Source: Pristiophorus japonicus
Taxonomy: Eukaryota
DNA length: 64,000 bases
Direction of reading: 5' to 3'
Assembly (NCBI RefSeq): GCF_044704955.1
Contig: NC_091984.1
Location: 210,924,001-210,988,000 of the forward strand
In this document: piece by piece, positions 55,401-64,000 of the stretch
Position numbering within the stretch: position 1 is the first letter of the stretch
How the letters are laid out: every line of letters starts with the position of its first letter
Position numbers and translations under genes: made by a program
Notes under the pieces: generated by a model
What the model saw: only the letters and a program-made list of their open reading frames with translations
Told to the model about the DNA's origin: nothing
Database searches by the model: none

Positions 55401-58400
55401 TCTGCAGATGACACTAAACTGGGTGGCGGCGTGAGCTGTGAGGAGGATGCTAAGAGGCTGCAAGGTGACTTGGACAGGTTAAGTGAGTGGGCAAATGCAT
55501 GGCAGATGCAGTATAATGTGGATAAATGTGAGATTATCCACTTTGGTGGCAAAAACATGAAGGCAGATTATCTGAATGGCGGCAGATTAGGAAAAGGAGG
55601 TGCAACCTGGATGTCATGGTACATCAGTCATTTAAAGTTGCCATGCAGGTACAGCAGGCAGTGAAGGCAGCAAATGGCATGTTGGCCTTCATAGCTAGGG
55701 GATTTGAGTATAGGAGCAGGGAGGTCTTACTGCAGTTGTATAGGGCCTTGGTGAGGCCTCACCTGGGATAGTGTGTTAAGTTTTGGTCATCTAATCTGAG
55801 GAAGGACGTTCTTGCTATTGAGGGAGTGTAGTGAAGGTTCACCACACTGATTCCCCAGGACTGACATATGAGGAAAGACTGGATCGACTGGGCCTGTATT
55901 CACTGGAGTTTAGAAGGATGAGGGGATCTCATAGAAACAAACAAAATTCTGACGGGACTGGAGAGGTCAGATACAGAAAGAATGTTCCCGATGTTGGGGA
56001 AGTCCACAACCAGAGGTCACAGTCTAAGGATAAGGGGTAAGCCATTTAGGACCAAAATGAGAAGGAACTTCTTCACTCAGAGTTGTTAACCTGTGGAATT
56101 CTCTACCGCAGAGAGTTGTTGATGCCAGTTCGTTAGATATATTCAAGAGGGAGTTAGATATGGCCCTTACGGCTAAAGGGATCAAGGGGTATGGAGAGAA
56201 AGCAGGAAAGGGGTACTGAGGTGAATGATCAGCCATGATCTTATTGAATGGTGGTGCAGGCTTGAAGGGCCGAATGGCCTACTCCTGCATCTATTTTCTA
56301 TGTTTTGTTTAAGGCTCTTCACAGGAGTATTATGAGCTAAAAAATTTGACAGAGAGCCACATTAACACAGGTGACAAAGGGGTATGTTTTAAGGAGCTTC
56401 TTGAAGGAGGAAAGAGAGGTATTAGAGAGGTGGAAAGCTTTAGGCAGGGAGTTCGAGTTTTGGGCCCCAAGCAATAGAAGGCATGGCCACCAATGGTTGA
56501 GCGATTATAATCAGGGATGCTCAAGAGGGCAGAATTAGAGGAGCGCAGACATCTCGAGGGGTTGTGGGGCTGGAGGAGATGAGAGATAGGGAGGGGCGAG
56601 GCCATGGAGGGATTTGAAAATAATTTTGAGAATCGAAGCTTTGCTCCACTGGAAGCCAATGTAGGTCAGGGAGCACAGGGGCGATGGGTGAGCGGGACTT
56701 GGTGCGAGTTAGGACACGGGCAGCCGAGTTTTGGATCACCTCTCGTTTACGTAGGGTAGAATATTCTAATAATTTGTTCCCTCATCCCTCCCAGTGCAAC
56801 TACTGGTGCCAACGTGTTTGCCAATATCTAACAAGTTTGTAAAAGGAGTATGACGACAAATGAAGGGATGCCAGACTGGTCAGGCTACCCAACTGCCAGT
56901 ACCCTGCAGACTGATGCCAACATATTGCATTTTGGCAGACAATTGATGCAGGTGGGGGCTTCTATTCGCAAAAGAAGCTAGGACAGCAGGCCCAATAGCA
57001 CAATTAACTAATCAATGCTGGATGCTTCTTCAGAAGCAGCCCAATCACTACATGTTATACTTTCAGTGGCACTGTATGAAAGGCAGCAGGATGCCAGAAG
57101 AGTCTGATAGGATTGGTGGTATCTTGTGTGCACCCAATGTACAGGCACCCAAAGGACATTAGTGAACCAGTGGACATTTAGGACAATCCAACAGTTTCAT
57201 GGTCATTCTACTGATAGAAGCTTAAAATATAAACTGAATTCAAAGTCTCAAACTGCCATCGTGGGATTTGAGCTCACGTTCTCTTATTAGTCTAGGCCGT
57301 TGGAATACAGGCCCATTGATATAATCACTACACTATCGCACCCAAGATGCCTTTAGCTTCAAAATTGTGTCATTCCATTCTACCACTTCCCTTTAATTGT
57401 TGTCCCATCATCTTAACTTTCATTTGAATGTAATTTTCCAGTCACAGCACTGGTGTGCTCCTTGCATGTCTGTACTTGGTACTATATAAATGAGATGCCC
57501 TCAGAAAATTGGGTACCAGCAGCAATCTGCCATTGGAGTCTTTCTAAAACCTACTAACCATTTGGGTCTAAACTGCACCTTGTTTGGGTATCTTGGCAAA
57601 TCTAAGTTGAACTTTTACCTGTGTGCTTTCATCATGGAATCCTTCCAGGAAACTCTCCAATAGCTCATCAGCATTGTCAATTCTTTCTGCATATTCACCG
57701 ACTATCCAGATCATGGCCGCTCGTGCTTCTGGCTCATCCAGTGAGTCGAGGTTTTCACAAAGTGTAGCAATAACACTTTCATACCTTGATGATAAACAAG
57801 ACTGGTAAAGTAGCTGGCAGTGGCATCAACAAATATAGCCGTAAAAAAAAAAACCATATTTCTAGAACACTTCAGCTACCTTTACACTTCAACTTCAGTA
57901 CATACATTGATTTACAAGCTATAATGGAAATCCTGAGTCAAGGTCGAACTTGACTCTGGAATGTAGAGCAAAACGCCGAGGAGGAAGTATGATCTGCTCT
58001 GTTTCAGTTAGATGGTGCCCTGTCTCTGAATTTACACTGCAACTTCTTAGCATCGTTATAACAATACAGGTGTGGGGTTTATGCAGCCCAAGATTCTCAC
58101 TTATTACAAACAATTATGTGCATTAGAATGTACTTAAAAGCATTTAATTATTCAAAATTGAGACAAAGATACAAAGTCAACCAATGGCTTCAATCAAAGG
58201 CTTAATAATGGGGAGAAAGGAAGAGAAGAGCAAAAATAATGTCACCATTCTGCTACAGATTCAAGTAAATGGTGCAAAACGGGTGTTAACAGAGGGCTCC
58301 AAGATTTAAAAGGGATGAGAAACAAAATAAAATAGCCAAAAATTAGCATAATTGTAAATTTAACATTCTATAATCTTCCAATGAACATAAGAAATAGGAG

Positions 58401-61400
58401 CAGGAAAGGGCCATTCGGCCCCTCAAGGCTGCTCCATCCACCATTCAATATGATTGTGGCTGGTCTATCCCAACTCCACTTTCTTGCACTATCCCCATAT
58501 CCCTTGATTGCCTTAATATTCAAAAGCCTATCAACCTCTGTCTTGAATATACTCAACGACTGAGCATTCACAGCCCTCTGGGGTGGAGAATTCCAAAGAT
58601 TCACCACCCTCTGAAGAAATTTCTCCTCAGCTCAGTCCTTAATGGCTGACCACTTAGTTGGAGACTGTGACACCCGGTTCAAGACTCGCCAGCCAGGGGA
58701 AACATCTTCCCTGCATGTACCCTGTAAGAAAGTAGCCCTTTTCTTGCAGCTATATATATTTTGTACATTATAGTGAGAACTCTTTCAATTCTCATTTGTA
58801 CCATAAACATGCCAAACTTAAGGCATGAAGGAAAAAGACAAATAAATATTGACTAGTTTCGCCTTATTAAACAGCAACATAATCTTTCTAATACTTATGA
58901 CTACAAATTACCATAGTTAAATTGCAATCACTATTGAGATTGATTTCAGCACCCACTCAATAGTTTTAGATTATGTATTTTTATTTATGAAGCATTTTAA
59001 ACAAATACTTAATCTATTATTGCTGGCAAGCTTTAGAAACCAATATAAAATAGAAAAACTTTAATATATTGTCTTCTGAAGAGGTATTACTTGCGGAAAA
59101 GTTTCAAATTGCACGAAAAATTTACAATATGGAATGAGTCAGTAGCTTTGTGTGTCTCAACTCAAGAAATAAATGTACACCATCACTGAATAAGTGCATA
59201 TGTGCAATTGGCAAATATATGCACACTTAATATCTGCACACACATTGCTTCTGGCTAAAGTGGAATTGAAAAAATGCAAGGACACAAAATAGATATCACT
59301 GGAGAGAGAATCAGAAATGGAACCTACTTGTTTGGGTATTTGCGGAAAATGTCCTTGATTACCACTATGGCTTCCTGCACAACGTAATTTACCTTTGTTT
59401 GAATGAGGTCAAGTAGTGTGCTCACGCAGCGCTCTGCTGATTGCTGCAACAAACAATCCATTAAGTTGGTGTTTACTGCAGATGTTTTTATTTCAAATAA
59501 GAAAAGGTCCTTAACTAGTTTTACACCACAATTAATGTTAATTTTCTCATCCCAACTCCCATAAAAAGATTTTTCCTAAAATTCGCCAATCAGTCTTAAA
59601 ACTGAACTAAATGTTCACGGAAACTTTGTGACAATCAATTCTGGCTGAGGTATTAGCAATTGTGATTTATAAAGAATTAGTTTATGCCAACTCACTGCAT
59701 TAACATAATTAAATTACTTCTTTAAAATTTGTAGCTAAGCATAGTACGAGTTAACATTATAGTCAAATTGAGGACTTGGCATTACATCAGTTAGCATAAT
59801 TGAATTCAGTCTTGACGTCAAACTAGTCAAATCTAGTCTCAGTAAATTATTCCTGGCTGGTGATGTGATAGGAAGCTCGTAACCATTTCGCAGCATGTGA
59901 AATCTTGATATGGAAAATAGAGCTAAGCTGTCATAGAAACATTAATATTTAAAATTCATTCTTTACCTCAACTTTAATGGCACATCGTCCAATTGCACGC
60001 ACAGCCTTCCGTACAAAGTCAACATCCACTTCTGTTGCATATTCCTTTAATTCTGCCAAAACCTGCAAGTTGGCATGGACAATTATCACAAACTGATCAA
60101 AAGCTGCATGCAATCATAAATCAATTGAAGAAATAGTTCAACATACCAGAAGACAATTGTGGCATTTTGTGGTAAAAACCAAAAAATGGGTCGGCCCACT
60201 CCACTTGGAAATTAATTTTGTCAATATTAAATTGGGATAGTGTGTAATCTCCAAAAGTGTATCAGGCGAGAGACTATATAATGATGTGTTCTCAAAGCAG
60301 CCAAGTAATACTTTAAAAAAAAAACACAGCCACTGATTAACACCAATGCTTATCTGGCCTCCACTAGGGTTACATTTCAGTTTAAGAGACAACCAGCCTA
60401 AACGTTTTAAAAAATGAAATACTGTCAGCTTTGGCACCTGCCCATTACGTCATATCACTAGTGCCTGCATGTGGATTTCCGTAACTTAAAACAGCAACAT
60501 TTGCTTCTCTTGTTTTTAGCGATAAACATTTGATTGTTAAAGTTCTTTGGAAGTGCGAAAATCTTTTATCAAGTTCACATTGCATTAATTTAGAGATCTT
60601 AGCATTTTCACTCAACCAAAAGACTATTTTGAGAGAGATTAGAACATAGGTCAAACAAGAATACATTCAATAAATAAAACCCAACTGCTACAGAAAGTGA
60701 TGTTGGACAATTATAGTTTGACATATGAAACTGGCAGTTTGTCATTGCTTTAGCGGAATGGATCAATTTATTAAAGGCTGTTGCAGTATCTAAGCAGAAG
60801 ATGTCAGGTTTGTGTCACGTAATTTTAAAATGAATGGAACTTTTGTACTGACATTCATTTTCAATTAAATATCGCACAATTATTCCAAAAGGATTTCAAA
60901 GCTGCACTCTATCACTGGGTTGAAAAAACAAGCCAAATCGCAGCATAAATATGCAGTTTCATTGGTAAAATAAAATAAAAATGTGAATAAATCAGTTACA
61001 AAATAAACTTCATAACAAGGAAACAATCTAATTTTATCGTAAACCAACATCAGATGCAGTCAAATGGCATCGGAGCAACTTAAAAATGAATACCAATTTG
61101 TAGCCAATACACTTTTTCTATCTGAAAAAATGACTCAGCCTCTCTACGAATACAGACCAGCGAAGTCTATATGTAATTACAGGCCACTCAACTTCACTTT
61201 GAAAATTATGCCAATGTTTATGACTAATAACAATATGCCCAAGGAGCACATGAAAAAAAGCATAACCTGTATGTAGGTTAGATATTTAAGAAGATTTTTT
61301 GTGTTTGTTTTGGGGGGGGGGGGGGGGCCGAGGCAGAGAGAAAGTGTTACAAAGCAGTTCAAACACTTACTGGGCTACAAGCATTAGATGCACATTAAGT

Positions 61401-62794
61401 ATTCCAAAAACACCCATTTTCTAAATCAAAGTAACATTACTGTACATTAGCAAAGTTTCCAACAATCATACACAAAACTTGCCTCTGTCTGAATAATTAT
61501 CCATTGTGCAAGCAATATACAATTTCATGCTTTAAAAAGTGGATATAAGAAATAGGAGCAGGAATCGACCCTTCGAGCCTGTTCCGCCATTCAATATCAT
61601 GGCTCATCTTCTACCTCAGCTCCACTTTCCTGCACTATCCTTTAATATCCAAAAATCTATCGATCTCGGTCTTGAGTATACTCAAAGACTGAGCCTCCAC
61701 TGTCCTCTGGGTTAGAGAATTCCAGAGATCCATCACCCTCGAAGTGAAGAAGTTTCTTCTCATCTCAGTCCTAAATGGCCGACTCCTTAGTCTGAGACTG
61801 TGACGCCTGGTTCTAGACTCCCCAGCCAGATGACACATCCTCCCTGCATCTATCCGGTCAAGCCCTGTAAGAATTTTACATGTTTCAATGAGCTCACTTC
61901 TCATTCTTCTAAACTCGAGAGAATATAGGCCTAGTTTACTCAATCTCTCCTCAGAGGACAATCCTCGCCTCCTCCCTCCTTCCTCCCCCCATTCCCATTC
62001 CAGGAATGTGTCTGGTGAACCTTCGTTGCACTCCCACTATGGTATGTATATCCTTCCTTCGGTAAGGAGACCAAAACTGTACACAATACTCCAGGTGCAG
62101 TCTCACCAGAGCCCTATATATAATTGTAGCAAGACGTCTTTACTCTTATACTCAAATCCTCTTGTAATAAAGGCCAACATTCCATTTGCTTTCTTAATTG
62201 CTTGCTGTACCTGCATGTTAACTTTCAGTGATTCGTGTACAAGGACACCCAGGTCCTTCTGAACCCCAACATTTCCCACTCACCCTTTAAAAAATACTCT
62301 GCTCTTCTATTTTTCCTACCAAAGTGGATAATTTCACATTTCTCCATGTTATATTCCATTTGCCATGTCCTTGCCCACTCACTTAGCGTGTCTATATTCG
62401 CTTGAAGCCTCTTTGCATCCTCCTCACAACTTACATTCCCACCTAGCCTTGTATCAACAACTTGGATATATTACATTTGGTCCCCTCATCCAATCATCTA
62501 TATATAGATTGTGATATAGTTGTTTCATTAGTGAACTCAATTTGTAAAATAAAGTATTGCACAGTTGGTGCATGGCCATAGATTAAAACATCGAACATTT
62601 ATTTAAGGTTATTTTCCCATAAAAGAACACCAACATAATTCAGACTTGAGCATAGCACATTTTAGTTACGAACCTGTGCAATGTTGGCTTGAGAAGCCAA
62701 ACGAATCATAATGTCCAGTTTTTCCAGTTTCACATAAATTGGATCATTGTATTTCACAAAGAAAACCTTCATTTCATGCTTAAGAATCTCAGGC
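13338..62794 (-). CDS. AP1B1: AP-1 complex subunit beta-1, partial gene (17 coding exons in window; 5' exons outside window)
   Basis: Exons splice in frame with GT-AG ends and translate to a beta-adaptin. Residues match AP1B1 rather than AP2B1 as I recall them: [47 protein letters not shown], and the DLE and MGDExEG microexons. Confidence 0.96.
15174..15182 (-). CDS. AP1B1: AP1B1 9-nt microexon DLE (alternative)
   Basis: gggtcag|GAT TTG GAG|gttagc, at the position of the DLE insert I recall in human AP1B1; upstream polypyrimidine tract with TGCATG and TGC motifs. Confidence 0.88.
15930..16084 (-). CDS. AP1B1: AP1B1 exon, 155 nt: [51 protein letters not shown]
   Basis: Within ORF 15861..16103; ttgcag| acceptor, |gtaagt donor. 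Confidence 0.97.
19321..19407 (-). CDS. AP1B1: AP1B1 exon, 87 nt: [28 protein letters not shown](D)
   Basis: gtgcag| acceptor, |gtaaat donor. Confidence 0.96.
20815..21062 (-). mobile_element. tRNA-derived SINE/LINE-associated repeat; second copy at about 57150-57340
   Basis: B-box-like gagttcaaatcccacc on the minus strand; both copies share aaggacattagtgaaccag...gtttcatggtca...gtgggatttga. Confidence 0.6.
21808..21892 (-). CDS. AP1B1: AP1B1 exon, 85 nt: [28 protein letters not shown](D)
   Basis: gaacag| acceptor, |gtgagt donor. Confidence 0.96.
23342..25691 (-). mobile_element. CR1 LINE, 5'-truncated, decayed
   Basis: ORFs 24393..24773 ([16 protein letters not shown]), 24799..25008 ([15 protein letters not shown]) and 25206..25502. 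Confidence 0.93.
24344..24467 (+). mobile_element. Penelope-like element terminal fragment inserted in CR1
   Basis: 124-nt block interrupting the CR1, flanked by a tatc duplication (24340-24343 and 24468-24471). Resembles the common elasmobranch PLE tail (gggtc..gacctgaaac...cacagatgct...cagcatccgcagt). Confidence 0.6.
27278..27407 (-). CDS. AP1B1: AP1B1 exon, 130 nt: [43 protein letters not shown]
   Basis: ttcatag| acceptor, CAG|gtctga donor. Confidence 0.95.
27490..29245 (+). mobile_element. Ancient tRNA-SINE (AmnSINE2-like, tentative) split by the RTE
   Basis: gttcaattcctggtctatgctgaattagct...ggggcgatagtgg continues after the RTE as agccacaact...cctgggctagg. Similar decayed copies at about 1-125, 19640-19920, 32370-32550, 34930-35170, 35690-35870 and 52430-52720. 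Confidence 0.5.
27610..29181 (+). mobile_element. RTE-clade LINE with inverted 5' segment, 8-bp TSD GATAGTGG
   Basis: 27610-28420 is endonuclease/linker on the minus strand ([26 protein letters not shown]; [10 protein letters not shown]). 28421-29181 is the post-RT 3' end on the plus strand ([17 protein letters not shown]). TSD at 27602-27609 and 29182-29189. Confidence 0.88.
30267..31755 (-). mobile_element. Young CR1 LINE, 5'-truncated (about 1.49 kb)
   Basis: ORFs 30541..31068 and 31361..31757 (RT and C-terminus); (ctatgttt)n tail; possible acaaa TSD. Confidence 0.95.
31850..31926 (-). ncRNA. SNORD125: Intronic box C/D snoRNA, SNORD125-like
   Basis: 7-bp terminal stem AGTCTCT/AGAGACT, C box ATGATGA (31912-31918), putative D' TTGA, putative C' ATGATAT, D box CTGA (31857-31860). 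The 3' end GAGAAGTTGACTGAAG resembles human SNORD125/miR-3653, which I recall lies in an AP1B1 intron. Confidence 0.85.
33553..33858. mobile_element. Tc1/mariner-pogo (Tigger-like) MITE
   Basis: TA|CAGGTTGAAACTCCCTCATCCGAAACC ... GGTTCCGGATAAGGGAGGTTCAACCTTTG|TA: roughly 27-bp TIRs with TA flanks. Confidence 0.8.
34012..34157 (-). CDS. AP1B1: AP1B1 exon, 146 nt, ear domain start: [48 protein letters not shown](S)
   Basis: ccaccag| acceptor, |gtgaga donor. Confidence 0.96.
36037..36171 (-). CDS. AP1B1: AP1B1 exon, 135 nt: [45 protein letters not shown]
   Basis: catacag| acceptor, |gtaagc donor; within ORF 35962..36186. Confidence 0.95.
36217..37291. mobile_element. MITE-like DNA element with internal minisatellite
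   Basis: TIRs GGGCTCAATTTTCC and GGAAAATTGAACCC; left arm is similar to the reverse complement of 51150-51425. Confidence 0.75.
36590..36910 (+). repeat. 41-bp GC-rich minisatellite, about 8 copies (4 near-perfect)
   Basis: Unit ggaggccattcggcctgggataggtgcggcggagcaggcca; attcggcc-like cores at 36601, 36642, 36683 and 36724, then degenerate copies. Confidence 0.92.
37841..39310 (+). mobile_element. Young CR1 LINE, 5'-truncated (1.47 kb), 7-bp TSD ATTACAA
   Basis: RT fragments ([19 protein letters not shown]); tail ctatgtttct; TSD at 37834-37840 and 39311-39317. Confidence 0.95.
39625..39654 (-). CDS. AP1B1: AP1B1 30-nt microexon [10 protein letters not shown] (probably alternative)
   Basis: tttctcttttttttag|CTT GGT GGA GAT CTA AGT GGA AGT CCA GCA|gtaagt; strong splice sites, phase 0/0; resembles the AP2B1 insert LGSDLGGGIGGSPA. 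Confidence 0.85.
39882..39902 (-). CDS. AP1B1: AP1B1 21-nt microexon MGDETEG (probably alternative)
   Basis: tctggag|ATG GGC GAT GAG ACT GAA GGG|gtatga; matches the mammalian AP1B1 MGDEPEG insert as I recall it; phase 0/0. Confidence 0.9.
40516..40723 (-). CDS. AP1B1: AP1B1 hinge exon, 208 nt, with clathrin box LLNLD: NESTESPDV...[12 protein letters not shown]...LLGGGLDSL
   Basis: Contained in ORF 40396..40779; ctcttag| acceptor, |gtaggc donor. Confidence 0.96.
41144..42669 (-). mobile_element. CR1 3' fragment (cttatgtt-tail subfamily) hosting a nested CR1
   Basis: ORF 41554..41742; host sequence resumes as ccaatcc after 42662. Confidence 0.9.
42171..42657 (+). mobile_element. Short young CR1 3' fragment, TSD GTTAG, with an internal 180-nt templated insert
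   Basis: TSD at 42166-42170 and 42658-42662; ctatgtttctat tail. Confidence 0.9.
43065..43324 (-). CDS. AP1B1: AP1B1 exon, 260 nt: [27 protein letters not shown]...[11 protein letters not shown](S)
   Basis: Contained in ORF 43061..43378; ttgcag| acceptor, |gtaagt donor. Confidence 0.97.
44216..46064 (+). mobile_element. CR1 LINE, 5'-truncated
   Basis: ORFs 44536..45108, 45113..45313 ([15 protein letters not shown]) and 45385..45678; ttcttatgtt tail. Confidence 0.95.
47185..47560 (-). mobile_element. Old CR1 3' fragment
   Basis: ORF 47193..47495 [16 protein letters not shown]...WNALP. Similar old fragments at about 7890-8405, 21140-21350 (+), 29855-30080, 32550-33130, 48440-49450 and 52850-54200. 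Confidence 0.8.
49685..49860 (+). mobile_element. DeuSINE 3' fragment
   Basis: cagattatcttgtcattaccacattgctgtttgtgggagcttgctgtgcacaaattggctgcc...tataaatgcaag; same family as 825-1241. A more decayed piece lies at about 47015-47112. Confidence 0.75.
50279..51425. mobile_element. MITE-like DNA element with degenerate C-rich internal repeats
   Basis: TIRs GGGCTCAAGTTCCCC and GGGGAAATTTGGGCCC; recurring gagttcagccttctcc and gagcattctccctccctc motifs at 50690-51000. Confidence 0.7.
51770..51868 (-). CDS. AP1B1: AP1B1 exon, 99 nt: [33 protein letters not shown]
   Basis: tgacag| acceptor, |gtatgt donor. Confidence 0.97.
54560..56760 (-). mobile_element. L2-clade LINE 3' fragment split by a CR1 insertion
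   Basis: ORF 56521..56739 [23 protein letters not shown]; the L2 tail is at 54560-54610. Confidence 0.85.
54611..56310 (+). mobile_element. Young CR1 LINE, 5'-truncated, candidate TSD AAGGC
   Basis: ORF 54723..55100 and downstream RT pieces; aaggc at 54606-54610 and 56311-56315. Confidence 0.95.
57619..57784 (-). CDS. AP1B1: AP1B1 exon, 166 nt: [55 protein letters not shown]
   Basis: atcaag| acceptor, |gtaaaa donor, phase 2/0. Confidence 0.97.
58381..58725 (-). mobile_element. CR1 3' fragment
   Basis: ORF 58368..58607 VNLWNS...; acataagaaataggagcagg tail. Confidence 0.88.
59328..59443 (-). CDS. AP1B1: AP1B1 exon, 116 nt: [38 protein letters not shown](K)
   Basis: gttgcag| acceptor, |gtaggt donor, phase 0/2. 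Confidence 0.97.
59967..60062 (-). CDS. AP1B1: AP1B1 exon, 96 nt: [32 protein letters not shown]
   Basis: cttgcag| acceptor, |gtaaag donor, phase 0/0. Confidence 0.97.
61545..62515 (-). mobile_element. CR1 3' fragment
   Basis: ORF 61635..61961 [12 protein letters not shown]...RNFFTSRV. Confidence 0.9.
62674..62794 (-). CDS. AP1B1: AP1B1 exon, 121 nt: (R)[40 protein letters not shown]
   Basis: Acceptor ttttttacag, donor CAG|gttcgt; manual translation matches beta-1 adaptin trunk. Confidence 0.96.
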
Positions 62795-63634
62795 CTGTAA
62801 AAAAGGAAAACCTTAGTACAAAAGTAACAGATTTTATTTTATTCTTAGCTCCTGCAATAACATTTTTCAATACCCATCTTCACTTAAGAAATGAAACCAC
62901 GAGCATTAGTAGATGGCATAAATAAATGTCACACTGTGTATGGACAATTAGGTTTGTGTGTATATTTAAGTAAGCAGAAACAGTGAATCATTTTGCAACA
63001 GGACCAGTGGGCAGCATGGATTAGTAAGACATCGCAGAGCATTTTTAAAATTTTATGCAAGTTTAAACTACTGTCGTCTACAGTATTAGCTTGAAAGTAG
63101 ACTTAAGCCCACTATATCGTTCCACCCATCCCTCATGCAATTGTCAGAGAAATTATAGCACAGGAGGCAGCCATTTGGCACCTGTATCAGTGCTAGTTCT
63201 TCAACTGGAGCTATCTATGCTAATATTTCAGATGGCGAATTACCACTGTTAGATTACACAACTACTGTAAGAAGAGCTACTTCAAACATCGATCCTGATG
63301 TTAACAATATTTCCACCTGGAACGCTAACCAGCCTTTATTCTTTCAGCTACTGAACTGATGCGTGTTTTTAGCATTTTGTGCTTTTATTTTAGATTTCCA
63401 GAATTTTCAAGAAAAAAAATTGCATTATCATCTATGTAGCCTTCAATGTAATGTCACTTGTGCAGTAGGTAGACATCTCATTGTGCAGACCAAGAAAGTC
63501 AGGAATCAGCAATTATATACTCAATCTTTCAGTTGGAAAATAAGGATTAAGCAGCTTAACAGCAAAGAAAAACCAAACTTTGTCTTCTGTCATTTTGTTA
63601 ATATTTATCCAATTCACAGAACGTGTGATTGAAA

Positions 63635-64000
63635 GACATAGAAACATAGAAAATAGGTGCTGGAGTAGGCCATTCGGCCCTTCTAGCCTGCACCGCCATT
63701 CAATGAGTTCATGGCTGAACATGCAAATTCAGTACCACATTCCTGCTTTCTCACCATACCCCTTGATTCCCCTAGTAGTAAGCACTTCATCTAACTCCTT
63801 TTTGAATATATTTAGTGAATTGGCCTCAACAACTTTCTGTGGTAGAGAATTCCACAGGTTCACCACTCTCTGGGTGAAGAAATTCCTCCTCATCTCGGTC
63901 CTAAATGGCTTCCTCCTTATCCTTAGACTGTGTCCCCTGGTTCTGGACTTCCCCAACATTGGGAACATTCTTCCTGCATCTAACCTGTCTAACCCCGTCA
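63635..64000 (-). mobile_element. Young CR1 3' end (continues beyond the window)
   Basis: ORF 63729..63968 is almost identical to 38982..39221; acatagaaacatag tail. Confidence 0.93.

Noticed and set aside
13338-62794. Calling the gene AP2B1 because of the [10 protein letters not shown] exon
   Set aside because: Many diagnostic residues, two other microexons and the SNORD125-like RNA all point to AP1B1.
9526-64000. RT/endonuclease ORFs as an intact or domesticated retroelement, retron or DGR
   Set aside because: All copies are fragmented by frameshifts and stops and end in ordinary LINE tails.

Overview
Vertebrate genomic DNA, most likely a cartilaginous fish. This is inferred from the repeat landscape (CR1 LINEs with (CTATGTTT)n or (CTTATGTT)n tails, DeuSINE-type SINEs, L2, RTE, Penelope-like tails). 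About 50 kb of the window is the 3' two-thirds of AP1B1 (AP-1 adaptor beta-1 subunit) on the minus strand. I traced 17 coding exons by hand with GT-AG boundaries and consistent phases, from (R)PEILKHEMK (62794) to the stop codon (13338). Three are microexons: 21 nt MGDETEG, 30 nt [10 protein letters not shown] and 9 nt DLE. The 5' exons lie beyond 64000. One intron carries a C/D-box snoRNA that looks like SNORD125, with a guide complementary to 18S rRNA. The introns are dense with decayed transposons, including nested insertions, an RTE with a twin-priming-type 5' inversion and a cluster of locally templated inverted insertions. No prokaryotic features or CRISPR array are present. I did not find a clearly new biological system. 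The best leads are the tandem microexon cassette (AP1-type plus AP2-type), the snoRNA, the templated inversions and a minisatellite resembling the CR1 3' hairpin. All family assignments come from remembered sequences; no database search was run.
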